From assembly GCF_006345805.1 (NCBI RefSeq), contig NW_021834797.1:1-45619 (forward strand): a stretch of 45,619 nt of DNA, read 5' to 3'. Every line of letters starts with the position of its first letter. Within the stretch, counting starts at the first letter, position 1. The notes below the pieces were generated by a model. It did no database searches. It worked only from the letters and a program-made list of their open reading frames with translations, and was not told the origin of the DNA. This DNA is from Octopus sinensis (lineage: Eukaryota). Shown one piece after another: positions 11,771 to 24,158 of the stretch. Both the position numbers and the translations under genes were made by a program.

Positions 11771-11884
11771 AAAAATAAAGTGTCTTGCTCAAGAACACAA
11801 CACGCAGCCCGGTCCGAGATTCGAACCCACAACCTCATGATCGTAAGCTCGACGCTCTAACCACTGAGCTATGCGCCTTCTCAC
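11771..11884 (-). mobile_element. SINE family C head fragment abutting SINE-B
   Basis: The minus strand reads GAAGGCGCATAGCTCAGTGGTTAGAGCGTCG...GGTTCGAATCTCGGACCGGGC, with clear A/B boxes. Confidence 0.85.
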
Positions 11885-12724
11885 TCATCCTGAATAGTAC
11901 TCTCTGGAACAATATACATGGGATTACATAACCCAAGGTGTCGTTCTTTTTTTAGTATCAAAGCGATATTTGTTTCGCGAGAGAATTGATTATTCGTTCC
12001 AGCAATTCGACTGCTTCTCCATCAAATCGTCTCAGTTCTGTTTAAATTTACGGCGACACTTAGCTGCGTGTTCAAACATTACGCCATTCAATCTCGTATA
12101 ACTATAATAGGATCTCTTACAAAACTACATTGAATATTCCGGCGGTCTGGCATTTGTTTTATGTACATGATGTAATAGACTTATAGTTATCTCACTTTAA
12201 AGAAAAAAATAGTATGTAAAACTTTCATTAGCTAATTGACTGCTATACAACACTGAGGTTACTTCGCAAGGTTTATGGGAAAGTTACTAAATTCTACATA
12301 CCCTCCTTCATCTAATTAAGGGGAAAATGGTAATATACTTATGTAAAGAGGGTCACCTGGCATAGATGGCCTTCTTATCATTTGCTGTAGATCTAAATCT
12401 CAACAATTTTAACGCCCTGAAACAAGACCTAAGCACTTCGCTTAAGAGCCGCTCCCGACTTAGAAACAGTTCTAAATAAACTAAAATTAAACATATACAA
12501 CGACTAATGAGACAAACTAAATAAATACGTGAAAAAGTAAATTAATATATAAATATAACTCGAAACATTTACTCATTAAATTAAATCTGAAACAACCCGT
12601 AATCTGAACATAGTCAATTAATTATCAACGTATATTATTTTATCAGCGAAACTCAATATTATTATCATCTCTGTTCCTAACAAACAGTTCTCTTTTAAAT
12701 AGAATCGTTTATTTATGGAAACGT

Positions 12725-12944
12725 GTACACAAACACACACACGCACACACACACACACACACATACATACACACACACACACACAAAAAGGAAAAAGAAA
12801 AAAACACAACACATATACGTCTATGTGTGTAGATAATAAAGCAGTAAGAAACAAAACGAACAGATTTCAATAAATTTTACTTTATATATATATATATATA
12901 TGTAAATACATATACATATATATATGTGTGTTTGTATCTCTCTT

Positions 12945-12999
<55 letters not shown>

Positions 13000-13096
13000 T
13001 TATATATTTATGCGTGTGTATGTCTGTATCCATGTATATATGAATTTATGCATGTATGTACATATATATATATTTGTATGTATATGTGTATATATA

Positions 13097-13155
<59 letters not shown>

Positions 13156-13175
13156 GCATGTATGTATGTATACAC
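12725..13175. repeat. (CA)n/(TA)n/(CT)n microsatellite block
   Basis: Directly visible. Confidence 0.95.
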
Positions 13176-14964
13176 AAAACAAATCTAAAATAATCGTTTC
13201 ACTAGTGTCTAGCTTCCTTCCCTTTTTGGCCTAACTAAAATAAACTTTGCTCGTTTATGTAATTGGATGGATTTAATAGCTAATCGCCATCTTCCGTTCG
13301 TGTTTAACATAATTTTTATGTTACAAGTTTAGATTTGCATTCAGAGTGTCTATATGCGGGTGGCTCTATGTGTATGCATCTGTGTGTGTAAAATAATGTT
13401 CTTATATATATATATATATTTACATCTCTTTGCATTAATGTATGTAGATATGTATTCAATGGTTTCTATATATGTTTGTTCCTTTCTGCACGTGTAGTTA
13501 AATGATTAATATGATTAGTATTATCATTAATATTATCCTTTTTTTATTAATTTTCATGTTATTGTTATTGTTTTGCTTATAGGTATTGCTGTCGTGGTTG
13601 TGACTCGTTATTCTTGTTGTTATTGCTGTTTTGTATTTAATAGTATTTCCTTATTATGTAGATTAATTTTCCAAAGTACTTTGACTAATTGCCAAAAGCA
13701 GTAAAATATACGCACAAGTCTCTTACCTAACAATCTAATACGAATGGACACTTAGACATACACGCACACACACACTCACACACACACACACACTCACACA
13801 CACACACACACACATGCCAGGATACAGACAAGCATCAATGAGAGAAACAATCATATACTATAACATGACGCATACATACAGCGACTTGTAAGTACATATG
13901 TATATAATATATATAAGCATGTGAATACGTCCGTCTCTATGTATTTAGACACACACACACTTATGTATACATATGTATATATGCATATACGTATATGTAC
14001 ACTAATTAATACTAATTGCAATTATACGCGCTGATACACTAAATGTTCTACACACTTGTAAACTGACATAGAGACATCCAGCGGATATAAGCAAACATAT
14101 GATTACAGGCGTGTTTTCTGGCACATCCTCTCATATATATTCACTTCCACATCTATTTATTAGGCCTCATAAGCTCCACAAGTAACCCTTATGCTTCTCT
14201 AGCAATATGTATACTAGTTCTTGTTTTAATCTTCTATTATAAACCCACTCATAATTTTGACACTTCATAGAATCATTAATCGACGCCAATTGTTGACTGG
14301 GGCTGTATTTTACCGCCACCTGACGATTGTTAGGCAAATTTTAACTTGAATGCTGGGAACAATATACCACAGCGATTTTGATCCTGATTGTCGCTCTAAT
14401 GGTTCTGACATAACATCGTATATTAGGGTGGGAAAGTAAATATTTGATGACATAAATGTGAGAAGATATCCATTCCTGATTAGAGTTACGGCCATTTATA
14501 ATCCATAGCACATTTGACTATCTTGTGAATACCGCATAATCTACACTGCAGACTAAATCCAGAATTTATTTCTAAAGGAAAGTCTCTGCATATAATGATA
14601 TGTGTGTGTGAGTGAGTGTGTGCGTGCGAGAAAGGGAGGGTGTGTGTGCCTATGTATATATGCGTATGTGTGAGAGTCTGTAAACCTAATGCATATATAA
14701 GCAATGTATGAACTAAAATGTCGTGAGACATGTTGAGCAAAAGATCTGCCATAAGTATTTGATATATCTGGAAGCCTCCATGTGGTAACATGAACAAAAA
14801 ATAATATTAGCATAAACTCCGTTTAATGAAAGCATATTGTCATTGTCTTATAATATGCAGAGACAAATTTTTACACGTTTGTGTTCGACTTTTGGTTTTT
14901 ATTATCAAAGTTTTATTCCTATTTTCCTATGCTTTGATTTCACTTTGATAAACAGTAATCAATA

Positions 14965-15394
14965 TCTATAAAGCTGAAATACGAAAAGTTTGTCTCATTT
15001 TGGGACTGGAACGAGACTGGGACTAGATAGAGTCGAATAGACTCCAAAATTTATAGGGTCATGTAAAAAAAGGCAAAGAAGTGAGTGGACTAGGTTAGAA
15101 ACCCCTATCTCAAAAGCTGTGGTTACTAGGGCAACAAAACCCACACTTTGACAAGTGTTTGTCGTTTCTCTCTTTCGCATATCACCCTGTCTTCCTCCAT
15201 CTCTCTCATTCCTTCCTTCCCTCCACGTTCTCTCTATAACGACGTTTGAAAGGAAGAGTAAGTGAGTGGGAAAGTGAGAGAGAAAGGAGAGAGAAACAAA
15301 GAGGGAGAATGTGGCGAATAAGAAACAGAAAGGAAGCAACAGAAAGTAACAACCACACCCTCACCCGCGCGTAGAGCGGGTCACCTTAAGCTAG
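14965..15394 (+). mobile_element. Non-autonomous Helitron (canonical CTAG end)
   Basis: 3' hairpin ACCCGC-GCGTAGA-GCGGGT (15363-15381), then 9 nt and CTAG (15391-15394) followed by T. The candidate 5' end A|TCTATAAAG at 14964/14965 is less certain. Confidence 0.6.
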
Positions 15395-16076
15395 TCTTCA
15401 TATATAAATAATCAATGTTTCTCCAAGTCTCATATTTGTGATGGAGTGAGGTTGGCGTATTTGGGACCCAGCACTAGAATTTGGATTTAGACCGTGTGCA
15501 TCCCGATGATTTCTTTTGATTATGACTTTTGTCGGTTATATATATATTTAGCATTGTACAAATGTGGAACGAGTATAATTCACTGAATCAATCTTCTAAG
15601 TTGTAAATGTCTACTCGAGCCGGTGCCTGAGTGTTATATATTTGCAAAGTTTTCCTTTAAACTAACAGGCAAACTCATTCAAAACTATAACATACTATTA
15701 ATATATCAAACACCTATACTACTAAAAATAGACAATTCATAGATAAACTGAATTCCATGAAGCAACTATAAAGTAGCTTATCAAGAACAGACGGATTTAC
15801 ATCTAAAGCACATGCAAAACATATTGCACCAGCACATACGTTAGCACTCACAAAACAAAGAAAACCTAATTTTTTATTAAATCTCCACGATGATAACAAT
15901 TCACAAATATGGAACTCCTAGAACCTAGGACGCAATTCTTCTGACCTACGCCAGTTATAATAATATAGTAAACACAGGAGTTATAAACTGCATGACTCCA
16001 ACCGGTATATTCTTCATAGAAAATTGGCTTTCTTCCACCTGCTCACCTTTCAGTTACAACAATTACAATTCTATTG

Positions 16077-16433
16077 CTTTATTTGTTTAAGTCATTTGAC
16101 TGCGGCCATGCTGGAGCACAGTCTTTAGTCGATCAAATCGAGCCTAGGGCTTCTTTGGAAACCTAGAACTTATTCTATCGGTCTCTTTTGCTGAACCACT
16201 AAGTTACGGGGACGTATACATACCATCATCGATCGTCAAGCGATGTTGGGGGACAAACAAAGACACACAAACATATACACACACATACAAATATATGTAT
16301 GTATATATATATATATATATATAATATATATATATATAATATATATATATATACGGCGTGCTTCTTTCAGCTTCCGTCAAATAAATCCACTCACAAAACT
16401 TTGGTCGGCCCGAGGCTATAGTAGAAGACACTT
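16077..16433 (-). mobile_element. SINE family A lacking the tRNA head
   Basis: Reverse complement of the family-A body and tail; it ends at GACACTT against a (TA)n tract. Confidence 0.88.
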
Positions 16434-16467
16434 CTATATATATATCTATATATATATATATATATTA

Positions 16468-16633
16468 AGTGCAGGAGTGGCTGTGTGGTAAGTAGCTTGC
16501 TTACCAACCACATAGTTCCGTGTTCAGTCCCATTGCGTGGCACCTTGGGCAAGTGCCTTCTACTATTGCCTCTGGCTGACAAAAATATTGTGAGTGGATT
16601 TGGTAGACGGAAACTGAAAAAAAAGCCCGTCGT

Positions 16634-16679
<46 letters not shown>

Positions 16680-16903
16680 ATATGTGTGTGTGTGTTTTGT
16701 GTGTGTGCGTTTGTGTGTCTGTATTTGTCCCTCCAACATCGCTTGACAACCGTCCCCGTAACTTAGCGGTTCAGCAAAAGAGACCGATATAATAAGTATT
16801 AGGTTTACAAAGAATAAGTCCTGGTGTCGATTTGCTCGACTAAAGGCAGTGCTCCAGCATGGCCGCATTCAAATGACTGAAACAAGTACAAAAGTAAAAG
16901 AGA
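16468..16903 (+). mobile_element. SINE family A, full length
   Basis: GCAGGAGTGGCTGTGTGGTAAGTAGC head, GTTCAGTCCC B-box-like, internal (TA)n(TG)n and AAAAGTAAAAGAG tail. Confidence 0.92.
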
Positions 16904-17149
16904 TATATAAATGCATATACACACTCGCGTGCACATACGCACTTACACACACACACATATATATTTAGATGCACATAAATGTATAAAGAGAAACGACGTT
17001 TATATCCAAGATAATAATTGAGCAGCTGAAAACAGAATATATCGGCTGTTTCATTCGATATAGTTTTTGTAAATTTATTTTTGGAACATATGGTTATTTG
17101 ACTGGAAAATGCTGCCACAGCTCATAAGTTGCTTATGGAGTAAGAAAGA

Positions 17150-17275
17150 GAGAGGGGGGAAAGGGGGAAAGATTACAATGAGACGAAAGAGAGAGGGAGA
17201 AGAGGGGGAAATATTACAATGAGACGAAAGAGAGAGGGAGAGAGATATTACAATGAGACGAGAGAGAAAGAGGGG
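17150..17275. repeat. Purine-rich minisatellite, 3 copies of a 34-41 bp unit
   Basis: ATTACAATGAGACGA recurs at 17172, 17213 and 17247. Confidence 0.9.
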
Positions 17276-17329
17276 TTAATAGTCTTCATCAAGGGAGAGA
17301 ACCACTTCAGGGTTTATATATATTATATA

Positions 17330-17711
17330 CGAGCAAAACACCCCGCCGTTCAATTGACGGTGCTGAATTGTCAAACATTTAAGCAAAATTTTCTCAAAAC
17401 AACTTGTCCGACCATCCCATAGGCCTCCCCTTTGAGAAACACTGATTTAACCAAAATTTAAGACACCAGCAAAAGAAGAAATAAAGACACATTTTTTCTA
17501 TTCCAAGAAAATCGATTTTACAAATACACGTTCCCACGGTTTTATCGATCGCATTCTTACCTGGAATCGATTTTTTGTAATTTTTCAAGGCTTATATATG
17601 CCCTGTTACCGTCGGTATCTACATATCAAATTTGAGCGCAATCGGATGGAGGATGCCCGAGATCCTACAAGACACACACACAGACAGACAGAACGGATTT
17701 TATATAATAGA
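17330..17711 (-). mobile_element. Non-autonomous Helitron family H, copy 1
   Basis: The minus strand begins A|TCTATTATATAAAATCCGTTCTGTCTG and ends with hairpin CACCGTCAATTGAACGGCG plus CTCG|T; no TSD; two more copies in the window. Confidence 0.8.
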
Positions 17712-18539
17712 TTTTGACTTCCGTTGAGAGATCTGTCAAAATTAAATTCGAACCTAATCAGATGCCCATGTAGTTTCTCATTGGAACTGTCGTCTCACTG
17801 ATTTCACAAGAATTACAAAAAACGTATCTTTCCGTTGTACTCTATGGCGTTATTATTAATAATTAGCAGATATATTTTACTGTACTCAATCAAGAATTAC
17901 TCGTAAAACTTTAGTGTATCATGTAATATGATGACTTATTTGATTTACCAGTGTATTGAGTAACAATTCACTTGGCTGCCGATAAAATAAATGAATTCTG
18001 ACGACAGGGTTTCAAGTAGCGTAATTGTTTATCCCGAGTAATTGGGTTCTCTGTATAGCATTTTACCCTGAGGATTTTCGCAAACGAAATAAGGAAAGTA
18101 AGATTTAATTCATTTGCATAATAAAAGATTAAGTTATCCTGCTTAATTTAGTGATTGGAAATTTGCGCTAAGAAGGTATGGTTAAAAAATTTATATTATT
18201 CTCTTATTTTTTTTCTTTATGTTACTTCATCAGGAAAGAATTCCCGGAATTATATCATGACACCTTCAGACGTTTACAGAGCGATCAGTTAGGGCTATAC
18301 TGTTGAAGACCATCTTCAGGTTTGACATCTTCATTCATATTCCCAATCGAAACTGCAGCTAGCGAAGGATTTTTACGATTTATTGGTCAAAGATATGTTT
18401 ACATTTTGGAAACTTGAAGTTCATTATACACGAAAATGAGCTCTATACCCATAAAAAAAGAATAAAGTTCTCTGGAGAATTAGTTTGGCTTAAAATAATT
18501 TGCCTAGTTCTGACTCGGTTATGAAATCGTATGAATAAC

Positions 18540-19000
18540 ATCAATGTTCATAGATGTTATGGAAGAACTGTAAAAGATCCCATCAAACCAATAAACAATT
18601 CTCCTAAATATAGCCAAGACGCAACAGTAACTACGAGATTAGACGATCTTCCTAAAGCTACAACGGGAAGGGATATATTAACTAAAACGAAGAACTTTGA
18701 ATTAGATGTCAACGACAAAATCAGAGAATTAGACTAGAACCACCCATACAAATTCGCAAGTTGGGATTAAAATAATAGCATACAAAATATAAAAGTGGAA
18801 TAGAAAATTAGAAAAATAGAAACTGAGGTCTGAGACTTATAGTCAAAGCTGAACGCAAAGATAAATGTTGGAGAACAGAAAGTAATACGCTGCCATCTGA
18901 GTTATAAACTCTAGCTTCGAGGTGATAAACTAAAAGTTAAGTGAACTGACAAGATTACATGGAAAGCAACGAAATTATTATCCGAGTTCTGAAGCCAGAA
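18540..19000 (+). pseudogene. Possible ancient non-LTR reverse transcriptase remnant
   Basis: With frameshifts it reads MFIDVMEEL...PKYSQDATV (YADD-like), LGLK...TK and LLYPSSEA (LLYGSE-like) in the order expected for RTE/CR1-type RTs; very degenerate. Confidence 0.2.
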
Positions 19001-19478
19001 TCTCAAAGCTATTATAGATAGAAAATATCTTCTTCACACAAAAAGAAAACCGAGTATGATAGACATAGAAAACTAATACAAAATGACAACAGTGGGACAA
19101 GGAATATTCTAGAAGCAACTAAAGGAGAACTGGTTATGTTATGATGGTAGCAAGAAATAAATAATAATCGTTTCTTTCGAAATAAGTAACTGGAAATATT
19201 GCCCATTAGAACTGAAACATTAAGTATGGTTTAAAACTTTCTAAGACTCAGAACTTTGCATGCTGTACATATATTTGACTTACTCAGCTCTACGCGGAAA
19301 CTCAGCCCTACGCAAGCCTATCGATAACGCTGTGTACGCACAGCTCTCATCGTTTAAAATCATTCTACGATAATGCAACAAAATAACACAACTCACTCAA
19401 GGCATGTCCAAGAGAATCACTATCGAATACAAAAGGTACTGTGTAGTTAATCAACACACGTTAATACAATAGAATAGG

Positions 19479-19680
19479 AAGGCGGCGAGCTGGTAAAACC
19501 TTTACCGAGCAGGTCAGAATGCTCAGCAACATTTCTTCTGACATTATGTAATTAGTTCAAACGATATCGGGATCGCTACTGCCTTTCATCCTTTCGAGTA
19601 CCAGTTGGGCACTAAGGTCGATTCAACTGACTTAGAGCCTCCCGCGAATGTGTTCGCTTTGTGCCAAGATTTCAAACCCA
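19479..19680 (+). mobile_element. Old SINE-B-related copy
   Basis: AAGGCGGCGAGCTGG head, GCCTTTCATCCTTTCG core and TGTGCCAAGATTTCAAACC tail. Confidence 0.7.
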
Positions 19681-19764
19681 CATATAAAATAGAACGGATC
19701 TGTTATGTAATCAGTACATGACATCATATAACATCAACAGTCAACAATACCGGTTTATATATTA

Positions 19765-20797
19765 CGAGCAAAACGCCCCCTGTCCAATGGACGGTGCTGA
19801 GTTGTCAAACATTTTAAACCAAATTTTCTCAAAACAACTTGTCCGACTGTCCCATAGGCCTCCCCTTTGAGAAACACTTACTTAGCCTATATTTGAGACA
19901 CCAGCTAAAGAAGAAGTAAAGATAGACAATTTTCTATTCAAAAGAAAAACGGTTTTATTCACACAAATATGCAACCGACCGGAGAGTTTAAAGTACCAGT
20001 AATGATAAGGCTGTTGAGTGGGAGAACACAAACATGGTTTAAACAGTAAGCTTGGCAGGAAAGAAACGTGCCTTTAAGCAATACAAAACCAACAAAAAAT
20101 AGAAGGTGCAGTTATGTCCAGAAGAAGAGCAGGACAAAAACAGCTTTATCGATCGCATTCTCACCTGGAATCGATTTTTGTAATTTTTGCAAGATTTATA
20201 CGCCCTGATACCTATTTCTTTATTACCCACAAGGGGCTAAACACAGATGGGACAAACAAGGACAGACATAGGTATTAAGTCGATTATATCGACCCCAGTG
20301 CGTAATTGGTACTTAATTTATCGACCCCGAAAGGATGAAAGGCAAAGTCGACCACGGCGGAATTTGAACTCACAACGTAACGCAGACGAAATACCGCTAA
20401 GCATTTCGCCCGGCGTGCTAACGTTTCTGCCAGCTCACCGCTTTTATACCTATTTCTTTATTACCCACAAGGGGCTAAACTTAGAGGGGACAAACAAGGA
20501 CAGACATAGGTATTAAGTCGATTACATCGACCCCAGTGCGTAATTGGTACTTAATTTATCGACCCCGAAAGGATGAAAGGCAAAGTCGACCTCGGCGGAA
20601 TTTGAACTCACAACGTAACGCAGACGAAATACCGCTAAGCATTTCGCCCGGCGTGCTAACGTTTCTGCCAGCTCACCGCCTTTATACCGTCGGTATCTAC
20701 ATATCAAATTTGAGCGCAATCGGATGAAGGATGCCCGAGATTCTAGAAGACACACACACACACACACACACACACAGAACGGATTTTATATAATAGA
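19765..20797 (-). mobile_element. Helitron family H, copy 2, with extra internal sequence and a SINE-B dimer
   Basis: Same termini as copy 1 and colinear on both sides of the insertion at 20208-20683. Confidence 0.8.
20208..20683 (-). mobile_element. Head-to-tail SINE-B dimer (2 x 238 bp)
   Basis: ATACC occurs at 20208, 20446 and 20684; each interval is a full SINE-B. Confidence 0.93.
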
Positions 20798-20827
20798 TAT
20801 AAGATAATGCAACAGGATATAATTTAC

Positions 20828-20900
20828 ATCAAGATGGCCAAACCCGCGGCCTGCGGGGTGCATGCAACTCTTTTCAAACATAAGTGCGGCCTATGACTGT
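20828..20900 (+). mobile_element. Possible hAT-type terminal fragment
   Basis: GATGGCCAAACCCGCGGCCTGCGGGGTGCATGC resembles common hAT non-autonomous termini; no partner TIR found. Confidence 0.3.
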
Positions 20901-20969
20901 CTTGGCTTTAAAAATAGGAACCAAAAGTTTCTTAAAACTAAAGATAATTAATAATTGGTTAATGGATAA

Positions 20970-21182
20970 AGGCAGTGAGCAGGCAAAGGCTATAGCATAC
21001 AGAACAAAATATTTTGCGTCATTTCGCCTGTCCTTATGTTTTGAGTTCAAATTCCACCGAAGTCAACTTTTGCTTTTCATATTTTAATGTCGATAAGATA
21101 ATTATTAGTCGAGTACTTGAATCAATGGAATCGATTTACTCCCCTCCCGATATCGCTTGCCTTGAGCCAATGTTTGTAATCA
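20970..21182 (+). mobile_element. Old SINE-B-related copy
   Basis: GAGTTCAAATTCCACCGAAGTCAAC B-box segment plus family core and tail. Confidence 0.7.
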
Positions 21183-21494
21183 GTGATTAAAATGATAAAA
21201 ATAGAACTATCGATGTGCAAGAACAAGGTTTTAAAATACTTTTACTTAATACTAGAGAACTCATATGAAAATCTTTGTTGAAAAATTGTGTGTTGAAAAA
21301 CATGCCGCCCCTTGATGTGTACGTGAGCACTCCGACCGATAGAGAGACTCTGCACGTTGAAATGCCTTACTACGCGATCATTATCGACACAAAGATATAC
21401 AAACCAAATCTATCAGGACATACGAAATGCGAACATCATCCTACAAGGTAAAATATCCTACATGCTATAGAGCAGACAAGACACTCAAGTATTC

Positions 21495-22559
21495 ATTTTA
21501 AATTTTGGCACACGGCCAGCAGTTTCAGAGGCAGTGGGATAAGTTGATTATATCCACCCCGGTGCTCAACTGGTAATTATTTTATCGAGCCCAAAAGATG
21601 AGGAGCAAAGTTGACCTCGGCAGAATTTGAAATCAGAACGTAAAGACCCCATGCTCTGATGACTCTGTCAGCTCGCCGCCTTACAAGTTACTGAAATATT
21701 CTTTTCTACTCTCGGCACAAGGCCTCAAATTTTTGGAGAGGGGGCCAGTCGATTAAATTGATCCCGTACCGAACGGCTACTCAATTTATCGAACCTGAAA
21801 GGATGCAAGGCATAGTCAACCTCGGCGAAATTTGAACTCAGAACGTAAAGACAGGTGAAATACTTCTAAGCATTTCGCCCGGCGTGCTAACGTTTCTGCC
21901 AGCTTGCTGCCTTAAATTACTAAAATATTCTTTTCAGGCACAAGGCCCGAAATTTTGAGGGCGGGAGCCAGTCGATTAGATCGATCCCAGTACGCAACGG
22001 CTACTTAATTTACCGACCGTGAAAGGATGAAAGACGAAGTCGAACTCGGCAGAATTTGAACTCGGAACGTAAAGACAGGCGAAAAACTGCTAAGCACTTC
22101 GCCCGGTGTGCTAACTTTTCTGCCAGCTCGCCGCCTCAAATTAATAAAATATTCTTTTCTTTTCTACTCTAGGTTCAAGGTCCGAAATTTTGAGAGAGGG
22201 AGCCAGTCGATTAGACTGACATCAGTATTCAACAGGTACTTAATTTATCGACTCCGAAAGGATGAAAGGTAAAGTCGACCTCGGCGAAATTTGAACTCAG
22301 AACGTAAAGACAGACAAAATACCTATTTCTTTAGTACCCACAGACGGGACAAACAAGGACAGACAAACGGATTAAGTCGATTATATCGACCCCAGTGCGT
22401 AACTGGTACTTATTTAATCGATCCCGAAAGCATGAAAGGCAAAGTCGACATTCGGCGGAATTTGAACTCGGATGGTAAAGACAGGCGAAAAACTGCTAAG
22501 CACTTCGCCCGGCGTGTTAACGTTTCTGCCAGCTCGCCGCCTTAAATTGCTAAAATATT
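21495..22559 (-). mobile_element. Tandem array of five SINE-B-type units
   Basis: Units at ~21495-21681, 21701-21912, 21930-22136, 22154-22320 (headless) and 22321-22542. A TAAATTACTAAAATATT-like spacer occurs four times. Confidence 0.9.
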
Positions 22560-22967
22560 AAGACAGGAAATATCGTGTAGGTATATAAGCACAGTTCTAC
22601 ATCCTTTAAAATCCATAATACACACACTATAGGAACAGAGTGGTGCAGCAGAAAAATAAGGAGACACAATGTTAAAAACAATATCGATAGTGCTAACATA
22701 CATTTACTCTCATATTTCCACATATTCACACACACACACACATGGATACATACCATATATACATACATGCATACCATACATATAAATATTCATACATCCA
22801 TCCGTACATAAACCATGCATATATGGGACACGGAATCTGGAGCGTGAAGATAATGTCTACGAGAAGGAATCATCGATAGAAAATTGTTCTTCCATTATTT
22901 CTGCGTCGTACAGTTACATTATTTCGGTTGTGAGCTCCTAACTGAAATATTGACCGCCTTTCCTTTC

Positions 22968-23432
22968 TTTTACTCTTTACTCTTTACTCTTTACTCTTTT
23001 ACTTGTTTCAGTCATTTGACTGCGGCCATGCTGCAGCACCGCCTTTAATCGAGCAACTCGACCCCAGGACTTATTCTTTTTGTAAGCCCAGTACTTATTC
23101 TATCGGACTTATTCTTTGTAAGCCCAGTACTTATTCTATCGGTCTCTTTTGCCGAACCGCTAAGTAACGGGGACATAAATACACTAGCATCGGTTGTCAA
23201 GCAATGCTAGGGGGACAAACACAGACACACAAACACACACACATACATATATATATATATACATATACACGACAGGCTTCTTTCAGTTTCCGTCTACCAA
23301 ATCCACTCACAAGGCATTGGTCGGCCCGGAGCTATAGCAGAAGACACTTGCCCAAGATGCCGCGCAGTGGGACTGAACCCGGAACCATGTGGTTGGTTAG
23401 CAAGCTACTTACCACACAGCCACTCCTGCGCC
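22968..23432 (-). mobile_element. SINE family A, young full-length copy with an internal 36-38 bp tandem duplication
   Basis: (TTTACTC)n tail, head ending CCTGCGCC; GGACTTATTCTTT(TT)GTAAGCCCAGTACTTATTCTATC repeated at 23067 and 23105. Confidence 0.93.
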
Positions 23433-23582
23433 TTTTGCTTTCTTTTTTTTTTTTTTCGCCCATAGTTCCGAAATTCTTTATCTTAAATCCTGAAAGAGTC
23501 CTTCAACCTATCGTAGCTCGTAATTAACGAATGTAAATGCTGTAAATCAGATTGATTTGATGGCTCTTTAGTGTTGATTATA

Positions 23583-24075
23583 TTGGGTTGTCCGGAAAGT
23601 TCGTGCCGATTTATAGCAGCTTACGTTTCGACTTATTTTAGAACATGGTTGAGTCCATAAAATAGAGCACAGTTTTTAAGCTCTCGTTTCGTGGGAGAAG
23701 GTTTATGTTCCTATAACCTGTGTTAATTCTGTAACCCTTTAAAATGGAAGATAAGAAATTTCCTTTTCAGCACTTGATGCATTGGGAATCAGACAAAAAT
23801 TGCTGCAGCTCGCCTGGGATTTGTTCCCCCTCCCTCCATATTCACCGGATGTTGCTCCTTTAGATTTCCACTTATTCACAGGTCTCTGCAGAATAGTCTT
23901 AATGGTAAAAATTTCAACTCCTTGGGTGACGTAAAAAGAGACCTTGATAAATTATTTGCCATGAAACCACCTCAATTCTGGGAAGAGGGTATTTTCAAGT
24001 TAAAGGAAAGATGGAAAGTATTTATTGACCTTTTACTTTTCTTTTAAAAATCGGCATGAACTTTCCGGACAACCC
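23583..24075 (+). mobile_element. Internally deleted mariner element
   Basis: TIRs TTGGGTTGTCCGGAAAGTTCGTGCCGATTT and AAATCGGCATGAACTTTCCGGACAACCC. The N-terminal MEDKKFPFQHLM (ATG 23744) is joined to a C-terminal PPYSPDVAPLDFHLF...FWEEGIFKLKERWK. Confidence 0.92.
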
Positions 24076-24158
24076 TGGTGTGGAAAGAAAAGTACCTGCT
24101 CAATAGTAATTTAGAAGATTAATGTTAAATTTCATTCCTTCATTATGGTATTAGTCTT

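Noticed and set aside
15700-15900. FIDKLNSMK, faintly like a Penelope RT thumb
   Set aside because: A single short resemblance with no supporting neighbouring motifs.
18234-18319. Strong acceptor followed by a possible exon
   Set aside because: All three frames stop before the clearest donor; only a weak GTTAGG donor rescues it.
21495-22559. Regularly spaced repeats suggesting a CRISPR-like array
   Set aside because: The long units are homologous SINEs rather than unique spacers, the context is eukaryotic and there are no cas genes.
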